Assembly (NCBI GenBank): GCA_049509515.1
Contig: JBEKZV010000011.1
Location: forward strand, 63,737-127,736
DNA: 64,000 bases
Source: Thermoguttaceae bacterium
Lineage (GTDB): Bacteria > Planctomycetota > Planctomycetia > Pirellulales > Thermoguttaceae
Reading direction: 5' to 3'
Shown: piece after piece, positions 10,321 through 19,721 of the stretch
Position numbering within the stretch: the first letter of the stretch is position 1
Layout: each line of letters starts with the position of its first letter
Notes under the pieces: model-generated
Seen by the model: only the letters and a program-made list of their open reading frames with translations
Database searches by the model: none
What the model was told of the DNA's origin: nothing
Program-made: the position numbers and the translations under genes

Positions 10321-10761
10321 GCCGGCCCACCTTCAGATCAGCCCAAGGAATCGGTCACTTTCAATCAATTATATGTGTCCGCACACGCCTGTCGCCAGGC
10401 ACCCGAAGACCGCCGGCTGCGGAACCTCCGGATGTGCGCCCCATTAAACCGTTCCGCTCTAACGAGTTGGCACCCCAGAGAGGCAAGCTCGCGGTGCCTC
10501 GGGTTTGCAAGCCGGCGGCACGCTCGACAATCATACGCCTGGCGAGATGGGTAATTTGGGAGATGTGTATCGAGGGCTGTTGGGGGTTGCCAGCGGGATC
10601 AACTCTAGGGGCCATGCCGTTACAACCGATACGATTGATAGGCTCTAGCAGTTCGTCAGAGTCGTTGCACCGTCACCATTGTCGCATTCTCCCAACAGTA
10701 GCACACTCGGCCCGGTTTGGGGAGGCGGACGCGGTGGCGGCGGCCCGTGGGGGGAGCGGTA

Positions 10762-12411
10762 ATGACGGCCACGATGCTGCCAAGACTGGCATTGCAGATT
10801 GCCATTCTGCTCGTGCTGAATGAAATCTGTGGTCTGGCCGCGCCCCCCTACGTGCCGGAACCTCCCGAGGCCATTGCGGCCCCCCCGCCACAGGCGCCCT
10901 TGCCGCCAAGACCGCTTCCGGGTGATGCCCAGCCCGACCAAATCTTCACATCGCCCGTCCTCAGCGAGAATTCACAGCCGCCGCCGATTCCGCCGGCCCA
11001 ACCCGCCAGATCGGACCAGCCTCTGCCGATCAACCTGGCCACGGCGCTGGGCTTGTCGAACGCGCGGCCGCTGGTGATCGCCTTCGCCCAGGCAAGCGTG
11101 GAAGAAGCGGCTGCCCGGCTACAGGGCGCCCAAGTCCTCTGGTTGCCGGACATCAATGCCGGCACGGAGTACTACCGTCACTCCGGAACGGATCAGTCGA
11201 CCGACGGCACGGTGATCCTCGACAACAAGCACTCCTTTTTTGCGGGCGGCGGGGTGACTCTCAACTTTGGAATCACCGACGCCATTTTCAGGCCGCTGGC
11301 CGACCGCCAGGAATTGGCCGCCCGCGAGTCGGACCTTCAGGCGGCGCAGAATGATGCGCTGCTGTCGGTTGCCCTGGCGTATTTCGACGTGCAGCAGGCC
11401 CGCGGCACCTTGGCCGGCACGCTGGACGCGGCGGCCAGGGCCGACGCGCTGGTCCGCAAGACCGCCGGCCTTGCCAAGGGGTTGGTGGCGGAAATCGAAG
11501 TGGACCGCGCCCGCGACCTGGCGTTCGATTTGCGACAGCAAATCGCCGCAGCGCGGGCCAATTGGCGGGTCACGAGCGCCCGGCTGACCCGCGTGCTCCG
11601 CTTGAACCCCGCCGCGGTGGTCGTTCCCCTGGAGCCGCCGCATCTTCAAGTGTCGCTGATCGCGCCCGGATTCAAGGTTGCCGATCTGCTCCCTGTCGGC
11701 TTGGCAAACCGCCCGGAGCTGGCCGCGCAGCGCGCCCTGGTGCAGGCCAGCTATGAGCGGGTGCGGCAGGAGCGGTTCCGCCCCTTTCTTCCCAGTGTGG
11801 TCGTGGGGGGGGAAAACGGACCCGGCGGCGCCTTCAACGGCGGCCTGTTCGGCGGTGGCACCGACAGCGGCCCGCAACTCTACGGCGGTCGCTTCGACGT
11901 GGACGTGGGAGTCGTCTGGACGCTCGACAACCTGGGCGCGGGCAACAGGTCCCTGGTCCGCCAGCGGATCGCTCAAGAACAGCGAGCCGCAATCGACTTC
12001 GCCAACGTCCAAGACCAGGTGGCCCAGGAAGTGGTCCAGGCGCACGCCCAAATGGAGGCGACGGCCGCCGAGGTCGATTACGCCATGACCGTCGTGAAAG
12101 AAGCGGTCATCACCTACAACGGCACGTTGCGGGGCCTCGATCCCCACCAGGTCGGCGACCTGCTGCAACTGGTCAGTCGCCCGCAGGAAGCCGTGGCGGC
12201 GCTCGAGCAGTTGAATCGGGCCTATGGCATCTATTTCGCCGCCGTCAACGGCTACAATCGCGCTCAATTCCAGCTCTATCAGGCCTTGGGCTTTCCCGCC
12301 CGAATTCTCGTGTGCGACCACCCGGTGGGAAAGGTGCAATCGCTGGACACGTCTCGGCCGCCGGGCATGGCCCCCGTCGGCCCCTTCATCCGTTCTTGCC
12401 CCTGCCCGTAA
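10762..12411 (+). CDS. TolC-like outer-membrane efflux protein (OEP family)
   Basis: Listed as an ORF from 10717. The internal Met at 10762 gives a signal peptide MTATMLPRLALQIAILLVL. Two OEP repeats with long helical segments. Transcribed divergently from the RND/adaptor operon, so the 10321-10761 spacer probably holds both promoters. Confidence 0.8.
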   Translation: MTATMLPRLALQIAILLVLNEICGLAAPPYVPEPPEAIAAPPPQAPLPPRPLPGDAQPDQIFTSPVLSENSQPPPIPPAQPARSDQPLPINLATALGLSNARPLVIAFAQASVEEAAARLQGAQVLWLPDINAGTEYYRHSGTDQSTDGTVILDNKHSFFAGGGVTLNFGITDAIFRPLADRQELAARESDLQAAQNDALLSVALAYFDVQQARGTLAGTLDAAARADALVRKTAGLAKGLVAEIEVDRARDLAFDLRQQIAAARANWRVTSARLTRVLRLNPAAVVVPLEPPHLQVSLIAPGFKVADLLPVGLANRPELAAQRALVQASYERVRQERFRPFLPSVVVGGENGPGGAFNGGLFGGGTDSGPQLYGGRFDVDVGVVWTLDNLGAGNRSLVRQRIAQEQRAAIDFANVQDQVAQEVVQAHAQMEATAAEVDYAMTVVKEAVITYNGTLRGLDPHQVGDLLQLVSRPQEAVAALEQLNRAYGIYFAAVNGYNRAQFQLYQALGFPARILVCDHPVGKVQSLDTSRPPGMAPVGPFIRSCPCP

Positions 12412-12506
12412 CGGATCGCTAACATCTTCCCAGGTCCGATTTGCCGGGGCGGCCCGCGAGATTGGCGTCTTGGCCGGAAGTCGGCCGGGCAACGGATGTA
12501 GCGGAT

Positions 12507-12527
12507 GCGCGGGTTTCCCGCTTTCTG
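12507..12527 (+). terminator. Candidate intrinsic terminator downstream of the TolC-like gene
   Basis: Stem gcggg, loop ttt, stem cccgc, followed by tttctg, about 100 nt after the stop at 12411. Confidence 0.3.
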
Positions 12528-12782
12528 CCGCTGACGCCGGCCGCGCGGCCTGTTCTCCGGGTCCGCTTCTGCGGGCTGCGCCGGTGGTGCCGGTGCCCGG
12601 GCCGGCACACTCGTGAATTCGGCTAGCTTTCGCACGGAGCTAACAATTGTCGCCAAAGGCGAGGCCGATACAACCACTGCCCGCCTCAAAACGGTGCCTC
12701 GCGGCTTTTTCCGTGCCGCTGTTCCACCAGGAATTTGCGGCAGCGTCTCGCCCGGGAACTTGTAACAAGGGAGCGGAAAACA

Positions 12783-14516
12783 ATGAAATGGATTTCCACC
12801 GCGGCCATACTCGCGGCTTTGGGCATCGGCATGTCCGGAAGCCCGGCGATGGCCCAGCAAGGAAGCGACCCGCAGAACTTCGACTACCTGCGGGCGCGCA
12901 TGGACCAGCAGGATGCGGAAATTCGCCACCTCCACGAGGAGTTGGCGGCGGCGCTAGGGGGCACGCCCGCCACCCCGGCCGCCTATGCGAATCCGGACGG
13001 CACCATGCCGGCGCCAGTTGCCGCCGACCCGGTGGGCCAGTGGCCTCCCGGGGCCGCGGTGGTCGGCAGCGACATGCACGTCACGGCCAGCATGAAAGAC
13101 GGCTTGTTCTTGTGGCTGGAAACGCCCAACAAGGACTTCACCATGCACATCGGCTACTGGATGCAACTGGACAACGTCTACTGGAAAGAGTCGCCGGATC
13201 TGAAGACCGCCGCGACTGCCCGGACAGGCGCCCCGTTCGGAGCGATTAGCGGTCCCGCGAGCGGCGGCATCGGCGAGCTGGAAGACGGCGAGTACTTCCG
13301 CCGCATCCGCCCGTTCCTCGAGGGCACCTTCTGGGAAACCGGCGAGTATCGCCTCATTCTGGCCCTGGAAAACGACCAGTACAGCGACACCGGGTTTGAT
13401 GAATTCTGGGTCGGCGAAACGAAGATCCCCGTGATCGGGAGCTGCCGCATCGGGCACGTCAAGGACCCGATGGGCCTGGAAGGCGATATGACGGCCTCCA
13501 GCCGCTGCATGACCTTCATGGAACGCTCGTCCTACTCCGAGGCCATCGAGCTGAACCAGAACTTCCTCACCGGCATCTGGATGAGCAACAATTACCTCGA
13601 CGAGCACGTGACGTGGGAGTTCTGCGCCGCTCGTCCCGATCAAGGCGCCTCCAGCGGGAGTTACTTCGGCGACGGCCAGTCGGCCGTGCAAGGCCGCATC
13701 ACGGCCCTGCCTATCTATGAGGACGAAGGCCGGCAGTTGCTGCACTTTGGCGTCTCGGCCGGGTGGCGCGATGGAGCGACCAATGGAACGATAGCCGATC
13801 ACCTGTTCCAGTTGCGGGCCCGGCCAGAGTTGCGCGACGACGACCCAGCCGGCTCCCCGTCCGGCGGCCAGGCCCTCCCGAATGCCGACAGCAACCGCAT
13901 GGTCGACACCGGGGCAATCGCGGCCAAGGAAGAATACCTGATGGGCCTCGAAGCCTTGTACATCCGCGGGCCCCTCTCGATCCAGGCCGAGTATGGCTGG
14001 AACTGGATCGACGGCGCCTATGGCATCGCGTATAGCAAGAGCGCGGTCACGCATTTTGCCAACGGCGCTACCGAGGACTACGTGTTCAACGGCGGTTACG
14101 TCCAGTTGGCGTATACCCTGACCGGCGAGAACCGCGCCTACGACAGGCGGATCGGCACCCTCGCCCGCGAGTACTACGGCCATAGCGGCCCGTACGAGAA
14201 TGCCTGGCTCACCCGTGATGCCGACGGCAACTTCATCTGGGGCCGCGGCGCGTGGGAAATCGCCGCCCGCTACTCCTACGTAGACCTCAACTCCGGCAGC
14301 AGCCCCAACAACATCCAGGGGGGCATGATGAACGGCTTCACCCTCGGCCTGAACTGGTATCTGAACAACAACCTGAACATCATGCTCGATTGGGTCTACG
14401 ACGACCGTTACGACCTGCCCGCCACAGAGACGAACGCCAAGGGCGTCGTCATCAACCCGGGCACCAACCCCGGCCACACCAACGGCCTGGGGATCGAGGT
14501 CCAGTTCCAACTCTAA
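12783..14516 (+). CDS. Second OprO/OprP-like porin, paralogous to the 1451..3073 gene
   Basis: Listed as an ORF from 12735. The likely start MKWISTAAILAALGIGMSGSPAMAQQ (signal peptide) is at 12783 and is preceded by agggag. Same architecture as the first porin: signal peptide, coiled coil, then beta-barrel. C-terminus ...GIEVQFQL. Confidence 0.7.
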   Translation: MKWISTAAILAALGIGMSGSPAMAQQGSDPQNFDYLRARMDQQDAEIRHLHEELAAALGGTPATPAAYANPDGTMPAPVAADPVGQWPPGAAVVGSDMHVTASMKDGLFLWLETPNKDFTMHIGYWMQLDNVYWKESPDLKTAATARTGAPFGAISGPASGGIGELEDGEYFRRIRPFLEGTFWETGEYRLILALENDQYSDTGFDEFWVGETKIPVIGSCRIGHVKDPMGLEGDMTASSRCMTFMERSSYSEAIELNQNFLTGIWMSNNYLDEHVTWEFCAARPDQGASSGSYFGDGQSAVQGRITALPIYEDEGRQLLHFGVSAGWRDGATNGTIADHLFQLRARPELRDDDPAGSPSGGQALPNADSNRMVDTGAIAAKEEYLMGLEALYIRGPLSIQAEYGWNWIDGAYGIAYSKSAVTHFANGATEDYVFNGGYVQLAYTLTGENRAYDRRIGTLAREYYGHSGPYENAWLTRDADGNFIWGRGAWEIAARYSYVDLNSGSSPNNIQGGMMNGFTLGLNWYLNNNLNIMLDWVYDDRYDLPATETNAKGVVINPGTNPGHTNGLGIEVQFQL

Positions 14517-14569
14517 CCATCGAGCGCGCGTGACATCACCGCGCTTGGTTTTCACGGGAGACAATCGCA

Positions 14570-15226
14570 ATGAACAAGTATCTTGTCGGATTTCTCGGAC
14601 TCGCCGTGCTGGGCGGCCTGCTCGCGGGGCAAGCCGCCGCGGACCCGGCGGCCTGCGGCACGGCGGCCTGCGGCGCAGCGACGTGCGGCGCAGGGGGCTG
14701 TGGCACGTGCGGCGCCACCTGCGGCTGCGGCGCACACTGCGGCTGCGGCGCCCAAGGCGGCTGCTGCCCGCACTGCGGCTGCTGCCTGGTCCCGGTGTGC
14801 CACGTGTACTGCACCACCAAGCAGGTCACGGAGCACAGGTACCTTTGCACCTGCGAAGAGAAGTGTGTCCCTCGTCCCGTGTGCCCCTGCCACAAGTGCG
14901 GCGACTGCGGCACTTGCGGCGGCTGCGGCGGCGACGCCTGCAACAACGGCTGCCAGGAATCCTGCGGCAAATGCTGCATTCACGAGGTACGCAAGCTGGT
15001 GGTGTACCCGTGCGTCAAGGAAGTGCCGGTCCGCAAGTGCTGGATCGAGTGGGTCTGCCCGAAGTGCGGCGATTGCTGCAACGGTCAGCCGGCCGCGACC
15101 CCGGCGCAACCGACGCCGGCGCCGACTCCCACCGCCCCGGCCCCGGCCGTCAGGCTGCCGGGCCCGCCGCAGGCGACGGGCGTGACGCCTTTGTTTTCGG
15201 TAAGCGGCCTCGTTCAGACACCCTGA
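14570..15226 (+). CDS. Secreted cysteine-rich repeat protein (~35 Cys in 218 aa) with a Pro/Thr/Ala-rich C-terminal tail
   Basis: Signal peptide MNKYLVGFLGLAVLGGLLAGQAAA. The mature region is made of C-G-x-x repeats (ACGTAACGAATCGAGGCGTCGATCGCGAHCGCG...CPHCGCC...CPCHKCGDCGTCGGCGGDACNNGC...) encoded by tandem tgcggc units. Tail QPAATPAQPTPAPTPTAPAPA. An RBS precedes the gene (gggagacaatcgcaATG) and a terminator hairpin follows it. Confidence 0.6.
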   Translation: MNKYLVGFLGLAVLGGLLAGQAAADPAACGTAACGAATCGAGGCGTCGATCGCGAHCGCGAQGGCCPHCGCCLVPVCHVYCTTKQVTEHRYLCTCEEKCVPRPVCPCHKCGDCGTCGGCGGDACNNGCQESCGKCCIHEVRKLVVYPCVKEVPVRKCWIEWVCPKCGDCCNGQPAATPAQPTPAPTPTAPAPAVRLPGPPQATGVTPLFSVSGLVQTP

Positions 15227-15263
15227 GTGACGTTAGTTCCCTAGTTCCCTGAAGTCCACGGCC

Positions 15264-15305
15264 ACCGGCCGCCGGCGTCTTCGTCGGCGGCCGGTCGCTT
15301 TTCTT
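15264..15305 (+). terminator. Intrinsic terminator after the Cys-rich gene (perfect 10-bp stem followed by a T-run)
   Basis: Stem ccggccgccg, loop gcgtcttcgt, stem cggcggccgg, followed by tcgcttttctt. It lies in the gap between the two convergent genes ending at 15226 and 15327. Confidence 0.45.
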
Positions 15306-15326
15306 GGGGAGTCGCGACAACACCAA

Positions 15327-16823
15327 TTACCTGGCCGGGTTGGCCTCGCTGGGGATGGGGCAGCCCAAGGCGCGGTACAGCCGGAACTGCCACTCGTCGT
15401 AGTCGCCGACCGCCCGCAGGTACTCCCGCCGGCTCTGGTCCAGGGCCTGGATCGACTGCAGCACCTCCAGCGGCAGGCCCTGCCCGCCCCGGATCCGCTG
15501 CAGGTTCCGCCGATACGACGCGGCGGCGACGTCGATCGCCGCGGTGGCCACGGCGATCTGGCCGCGGAGCGATTCCGCTTGGGCGTGCGCCTCGACGATC
15601 TCGCGGGCGACCTGGTCGGCGATGCGCGTTTCCAGGATCTTGGCCTGCTCGAGCCGCGAGCGCGCCGCCTTGCGGGCCGCCAGATCCCCGGCCCCGAAGT
15701 TGCGAAGCTGCCAATAGGCGGTGGCATCCAGGTCGAAGCGGCTGTGGAAATCGGCCAGGGTGTCGCCCGGGCCGCCGCCGTACCCGCCCTGGCTGATCCC
15801 CAGGACCACGCTCGGCAGGAGCGGCGCGTACTGCTCGCGGTCCAGATCGGCACTGGCCTGGACGATGCGGTCGCGGCTCTCGGTCAGCTCCGGCCGCCGC
15901 GACAGCCCGTCGGCGACCAGTTGCGGCCCCGACCTCTCCGCCGAAACCAGCTCGATCGGGCCCACGCCCGGCTCCTCCGGCACCAGCACGCGGTCCGGCG
16001 GCAAACTGAGCAATTGCACGAGGCGGGCCGACGCGATGCGAGTCTGCACCACGGCCTGCGCGAGGGCGTTCTTCCGTAAGGCAAGCTCCGTTTCCGCGCG
16101 ATCCGCGTCCGCCTGGTTTCCCTGGCCGGTACGGGCAAAGGCGGCCGTCGTTTCGGCGAGCTGCCTGGTGTGGTCCAGCGTGTCTTGTGCAATGGCGTGC
16201 TGCTGGCACGCCCGCAGGAGATCGAGATAAGCCACCGCCGCAAACAGCAGGATGTCGTGGGTGGCGGCCGTGGCCGCCTGCCGCCGGGCGGCCACCTCCT
16301 GGCCGGCGATCCGCGGCTGGAAGACCGCGTCGGTCATGCGGAAGTTGGCCGCCACGCCGGGGATGGCCGGCGAGCCGCCGCCGACCGCCGCCATCCCCAT
16401 GCCGGCCTCCAACGTCGAGCGGTGGCTCTCCACGATCGTGCCGTCGTCGGCCTGAAAGGGACCGTCGTGGTTGCCGTAATACACCCCGGCCCGAAGCGAA
16501 GGCAGCCACAGGGCCTGCGCTCCCCTCAACTGCGCGAAGGCCTCGTGGATCTGCTCGTTGGCGAAGGCGACTTGCGGATTCTGCCCCGCCGCCAGGGCCA
16601 ACACCCTGGGGAAATTGATGGAATCGCGGTTCTCTGCGGCCGCGGCCTGGCGGGCGGCCTCGCCGGGCGGCGCAGGCACGCTCTCGCGCGGGGGGTTATC
16701 GGGGGGCTGCCCGCGGGCCACGTGATTGGCGGAGCCGGCATAGACGAGCACCAACAGGAAAAGCCCCGCGGCCAACCATGCGGGACCGCTGCCGCCGGGC
16801 ATCCATGCGTGCTTGCTTGTCAT
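15327..16823 (-). CDS. TolC-like outer-membrane efflux protein (second copy)
   Basis: 498 aa with an N-terminal TM or signal segment AWLAAGLFLLVLVYAGSA and paired OEP helical repeats. Paralogous to the 10762..12411 gene. It is the last gene of the minus-strand efflux cluster. Confidence 0.8.
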   Translation of the reverse strand: MTSKHAWMPGGSGPAWLAAGLFLLVLVYAGSANHVARGQPPDNPPRESVPAPPGEAARQAAAAENRDSINFPRVLALAAGQNPQVAFANEQIHEAFAQLRGAQALWLPSLRAGVYYGNHDGPFQADDGTIVESHRSTLEAGMGMAAVGGGSPAIPGVAANFRMTDAVFQPRIAGQEVAARRQAATAATHDILLFAAVAYLDLLRACQQHAIAQDTLDHTRQLAETTAAFARTGQGNQADADRAETELALRKNALAQAVVQTRIASARLVQLLSLPPDRVLVPEEPGVGPIELVSAERSGPQLVADGLSRRPELTESRDRIVQASADLDREQYAPLLPSVVLGISQGGYGGGPGDTLADFHSRFDLDATAYWQLRNFGAGDLAARKAARSRLEQAKILETRIADQVAREIVEAHAQAESLRGQIAVATAAIDVAAASYRRNLQRIRGGQGLPLEVLQSIQALDQSRREYLRAVGDYDEWQFRLYRALGCPIPSEANPAR

Positions 16824-17126
16824 GGGCCGGGATTCGGGAACAGGGCCGAGGCGGTTGCGCGGTCTGCGCAGCCTGCCCCCTATGGCCGATGGCGCCTCCC
16901 TTCAGTTTTCGGCAGCCGCCCACTTTGCCCATCAGGAAAAACCGGCAGAATCGTCAAGACCGGAAAAGTTTCACCGGCTTACGCGGCCGTTCAAGAACGG
17001 CTACCCCTCTCCCCCCGGGAGAGGGCAGGGTGAGGGCCGCTCGCCCCTCCACTCTCACTTCGTCGCTTGCCATCTGCCACTCCTTTATGGGGGAGCGCTT
17101 GCTATAATCCAGATATCGCTTCGTAA

Positions 17127-17444
17127 ATGGCGGGGACGGGCTTTCCGGGAAAGGGCAACCCGATGTCGGCAGGTGGTTTCGATCAGGTCGTCGATCTGGC
17201 TTCGCGGCTCTCTCCCCGCGAACAGTTGGAACTCGTAGCGCAAATCGGCCAGAAGTTGAGCGGCAAGCTGGGGCCGGCAGCGATAGTGGAGCCCGCCGCC
17301 GGCTCTTCCGCTGCCGTGCTGCAGGCAATGCGCGCCCCGCCACACTTGGATGGCGCCGACGTGGACGAGCTGGAGCGTGCGGTGCAGGCAGGCCGAGTAC
17401 CGGCGCGGTTCGACGGCATCTTCGAGCGAGGAAACGCCGAGTGA
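17127..17444 (+). CDS. Hypothetical small protein (possibly addiction-module-antitoxin-like)
   Basis: 105 aa with GC-rich third codon positions. The segment LSPREQLELVAQIGQKL...DVDELERAVQAG resembles helix-rich antitoxin components. It is convergent with vapC. Weak call. Confidence 0.25.
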   Translation: MAGTGFPGKGNPMSAGGFDQVVDLASRLSPREQLELVAQIGQKLSGKLGPAAIVEPAAGSSAAVLQAMRAPPHLDGADVDELERAVQAGRVPARFDGIFERGNAE

Positions 17445-17456
17445 TATTGCCAGCGG

Positions 17457-17861
17457 TCACGGCTGCTGCCAGTCCTCAAGCGGCAGTCCTGGGATGCGGC
17501 TGAACTCCTCCGTATTATGCGTCACCAGGGTGCATCCGCTGGCCAGGGCGATGGCCGCAACCTGGAGGTCGTAGGGTCCGATCGGCGCGCCCAGGGTCTC
17601 CAAGCGACGACGAACACCGGCATACTGCTCGGCCGCCGCATCGTCAAAAGGAAGGCTGCGGTAGGGCCGCACCAAGGCTTCGACCTTGCCCCGGTTGGCA
17701 GCCGGGTTCGCACTGCGGAGGCAGCCGTAATACAGTTCCGCCACGACCACGGAACAGACGCACACGTCCCCGGGCTGCCCCGCGCGAAGCCGGGCCACGA
17801 CCGGCGAGCTCGGGTTGCGCAGGAACGCCACCCAGACGTTCGTGTCCAGCAGGTACGTCAC
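17457..17861 (-). CDS. vapC: PIN-domain toxin VapC (type II toxin-antitoxin)
   Basis: 134 aa beginning MTYLLDTNVWVAFLRN. Carries the conserved PIN acidic residues (D5, E, D, ...THNTEEF). Its start overlaps the stop of the upstream antitoxin gene by 4 nt. Confidence 0.85.
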   Translation of the reverse strand: MTYLLDTNVWVAFLRNPSSPVVARLRAGQPGDVCVCSVVVAELYYGCLRSANPAANRGKVEALVRPYRSLPFDDAAAEQYAGVRRRLETLGAPIGPYDLQVAAIALASGCTLVTHNTEEFSRIPGLPLEDWQQP

Positions 17862-18112
17862 GCCATCCCCACGGGCTTGGGCAACTCGCCCTGTGGCGGG
17901 CGGACGAAGGTCTCGTCGTCGATGGAGCCGGCCAGACTAAAGTAGTCGGGCGACCAGCCGGGCTGGTCGGGCGCTCCTGGCGAGGGCCCAGTCGCTTTCG
18001 GCTGAACGACCAGCACCACCTCGAAATCCGCCTCGGGCGCTCCCAGCGGAATGCTGACGTGCAGCACGCCGTCCTTCCCGGTGCGCTGGGTCACTCGCAA
18101 GGTCTGCCCCAT
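17858..18112 (-). CDS. vapB: VapB-family antitoxin partner of VapC
   Basis: The 117-aa ORF is 17858..18211. The likely start is ATG at 18112 (MGQTLRVTQRTGKDGVLHVSIPLG...), which has a GGAGG Shine-Dalgarno upstream. C-terminal motif WSPDYFSLAGSIDDETFVRPPQGELP, typical of a cyanobacterial/planctomycete VapB family. Overlap with vapC indicates translational coupling. Confidence 0.6.
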   Translation of the reverse strand: MGQTLRVTQRTGKDGVLHVSIPLGAPEADFEVVLVVQPKATGPSPGAPDQPGWSPDYFSLAGSIDDETFVRPPQGELPKPVGMA

Positions 18113-18313
18113 AGCGCCTCCCTCGTTGGAATGAGCTTGCTCCGCCCGTTCTGCCGCTGTATCCTGCGTTGCCGCCTTCCCTTTCTCCCCATCCGCTTCG
18201 GTTCGGGACACCCGCCCGCGACACCCTATAGTCTATGCCCAGGGGCAGAGAGCCGCAAGGCGGGTCGCACCTTTGTTTCCGGGAGCACAAAACCTTCAAG
18301 GCGGGCGGGCTAT

Positions 18314-19720
18314 TCACCGACTCTCCAGCGGTGGTGCCGCCACGGCCTGGCCGTCTTGGAGGGACTGGCCCGGGGCCTGGATCACGGCTTCCTCGCCCTT
18401 CAGACCGGAGACGACCTCGACCTCATTGCCGACTTGGAGCCCGAGGCTGAGCGGGGCCCGCACGGCCCGGCCGTCTTGAACCGTCCAGCAAAAGGCCTGC
18501 TTGCCCTCGCGGACGATGGCGGAGAGTGGCAGCACCCACGCGTCGGGACGCTCTTGGAGAACGATGTGCGCGGTGGCATACATTCCCGGCCGCAGCAGGC
18601 CGTCGGAATTGGCAAGGTCCAGCTCCGTCCGCAGGGTGCGGTTGGCGCCTAGGGCCCAACTGGTCCGGGCCACCTTGCCCACGATCCGGTCGGGGAGGGC
18701 CTGCACGCTGACGTACCCGCTCCGGCCCGCCTCGACCCACGGGGACTCCATCTCGGGGACGTCCACGAAGATGCGGACGATATCGGCCCGGGCGACGCTG
18801 AGGAGCGGCCTGGCGGTCATGGTGCTGGCCGGCTGCACGAAATCCCCGCGGTTCACGTTCCGCTCGGTCACGACGCCGGCATAGGGGGCGCGGATTTTCG
18901 TGTACCGCAGGAGGGCCTTGACGCGCGATCGGTCGGCCTTCGTGTTTCCAGTGCGGGCGCGGGCCACTGTCTCGGCGGCCTTGGCCTTCGCCAGGTCAGC
19001 CTGGCTTTGCACAGCGGTCGCCTTGGCCGCTTCCACCTTGGCGAGGGCCTCTCCACGCGCCGCCTCGGCGGCCTTGAGCGAGTCCCGCGTCTCGTCTTCC
19101 AGTTTCCGGTCCAGCGAGCCGCCGGCCACCAGTTGGCTGATCCGCGCGTACTGGGATTGCCAGCGGGTGACATCCGCCTCGGCGCGGATGTTGCCGGCCT
19201 CCATCAGGCGGACGTTGGCTTGGGCCGTCGCCACCGCGGCCTCGGCCGCACGGACCGCCGCCGCGGCCAGCTCGATCTCCGCCTGCGCCTGGGCCACCGC
19301 CGCCTCTTTCTGACGGAGTTCGTCCCTGAGCTCGGGGAGGAACAAATCCACGAGGATCTGCCCGGCCTCGACGCGGTCGCCGATGTCCACGTGGAGCTTC
19401 TCGACGTAGGCGGGCAGCTTGGCGAAAAGCGGCGTCTGCTCGAACGCCTCGATCTGGCCCGGCTGGACGCTCTCCAGGCGGAGCGTCTTCCGCGCCGGCC
19501 GGGCGGCAGCAACTGGGACCGCGGCTTGCTCCGCCTCCAGCGAAGTGGACGGATGACAGCCCGCGAGCGAACCCAACGCCGCGGCAGCCACGGCCAGGCC
19601 GGCGATACCAATCAGTTTCCGTTGCGGAAGGATGCCGATTCGTAGGGTGGGACGAGGTACGAGTCCCACCCTACTGTTGTTCCGGCAACAGAAACTAATG
19701 AGACTGGGCACGCGATTCAT
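18314..19720 (-). CDS. RND efflux periplasmic adaptor (membrane fusion protein), second system
   Basis: Listed as an ORF to 19774. The probable start is ATG at 19720 (MNRVPS...LIGIAGLAVAAAALGSLAGC, signal plus lipobox-like), which lies 1 nt from the RND stop. Biotinyl/lipoyl-like segment, coiled coils, beta-barrel. Paralogous to the 5591..7000 gene. Confidence 0.85.
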   Translation of the reverse strand: MNRVPSLISFCCRNNSRVGLVPRPTLRIGILPQRKLIGIAGLAVAAAALGSLAGCHPSTSLEAEQAAVPVAAARPARKTLRLESVQPGQIEAFEQTPLFAKLPAYVEKLHVDIGDRVEAGQILVDLFLPELRDELRQKEAAVAQAQAEIELAAAAVRAAEAAVATAQANVRLMEAGNIRAEADVTRWQSQYARISQLVAGGSLDRKLEDETRDSLKAAEAARGEALAKVEAAKATAVQSQADLAKAKAAETVARARTGNTKADRSRVKALLRYTKIRAPYAGVVTERNVNRGDFVQPASTMTARPLLSVARADIVRIFVDVPEMESPWVEAGRSGYVSVQALPDRIVGKVARTSWALGANRTLRTELDLANSDGLLRPGMYATAHIVLQERPDAWVLPLSAIVREGKQAFCWTVQDGRAVRAPLSLGLQVGNEVEVVSGLKGEEAVIQAPGQSLQDGQAVAAPPLESR

Positions 19721-19721
19721 G

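Noticed and set aside
6946-10554. 1202-aa plus-strand ORF and 1081-aa minus-strand ORF (7085..10330) overlapping the RND permease
   Set aside because: They are alternative or antisense frames of the genuine 1106-aa RND gene. Their low-complexity translations (RGDH, RRAG repeats) have no domain signatures.
14536-15109. Three overlapping ORFs (147, 185 and 200 aa) in other frames across the Cys-rich gene
   Set aside because: These are repeat-driven artefacts (poly-Ala/Arg/Pro). Only the 14570 frame has a signal peptide, an RBS and a downstream terminator.
16954-17460. 168-aa minus-strand ORF in the spacer upstream of the TolC-like gene
   Set aside because: It is Arg/Pro-rich with no start context and overlaps the more plausible plus-strand small ORF. 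Likely non-coding promoter DNA.
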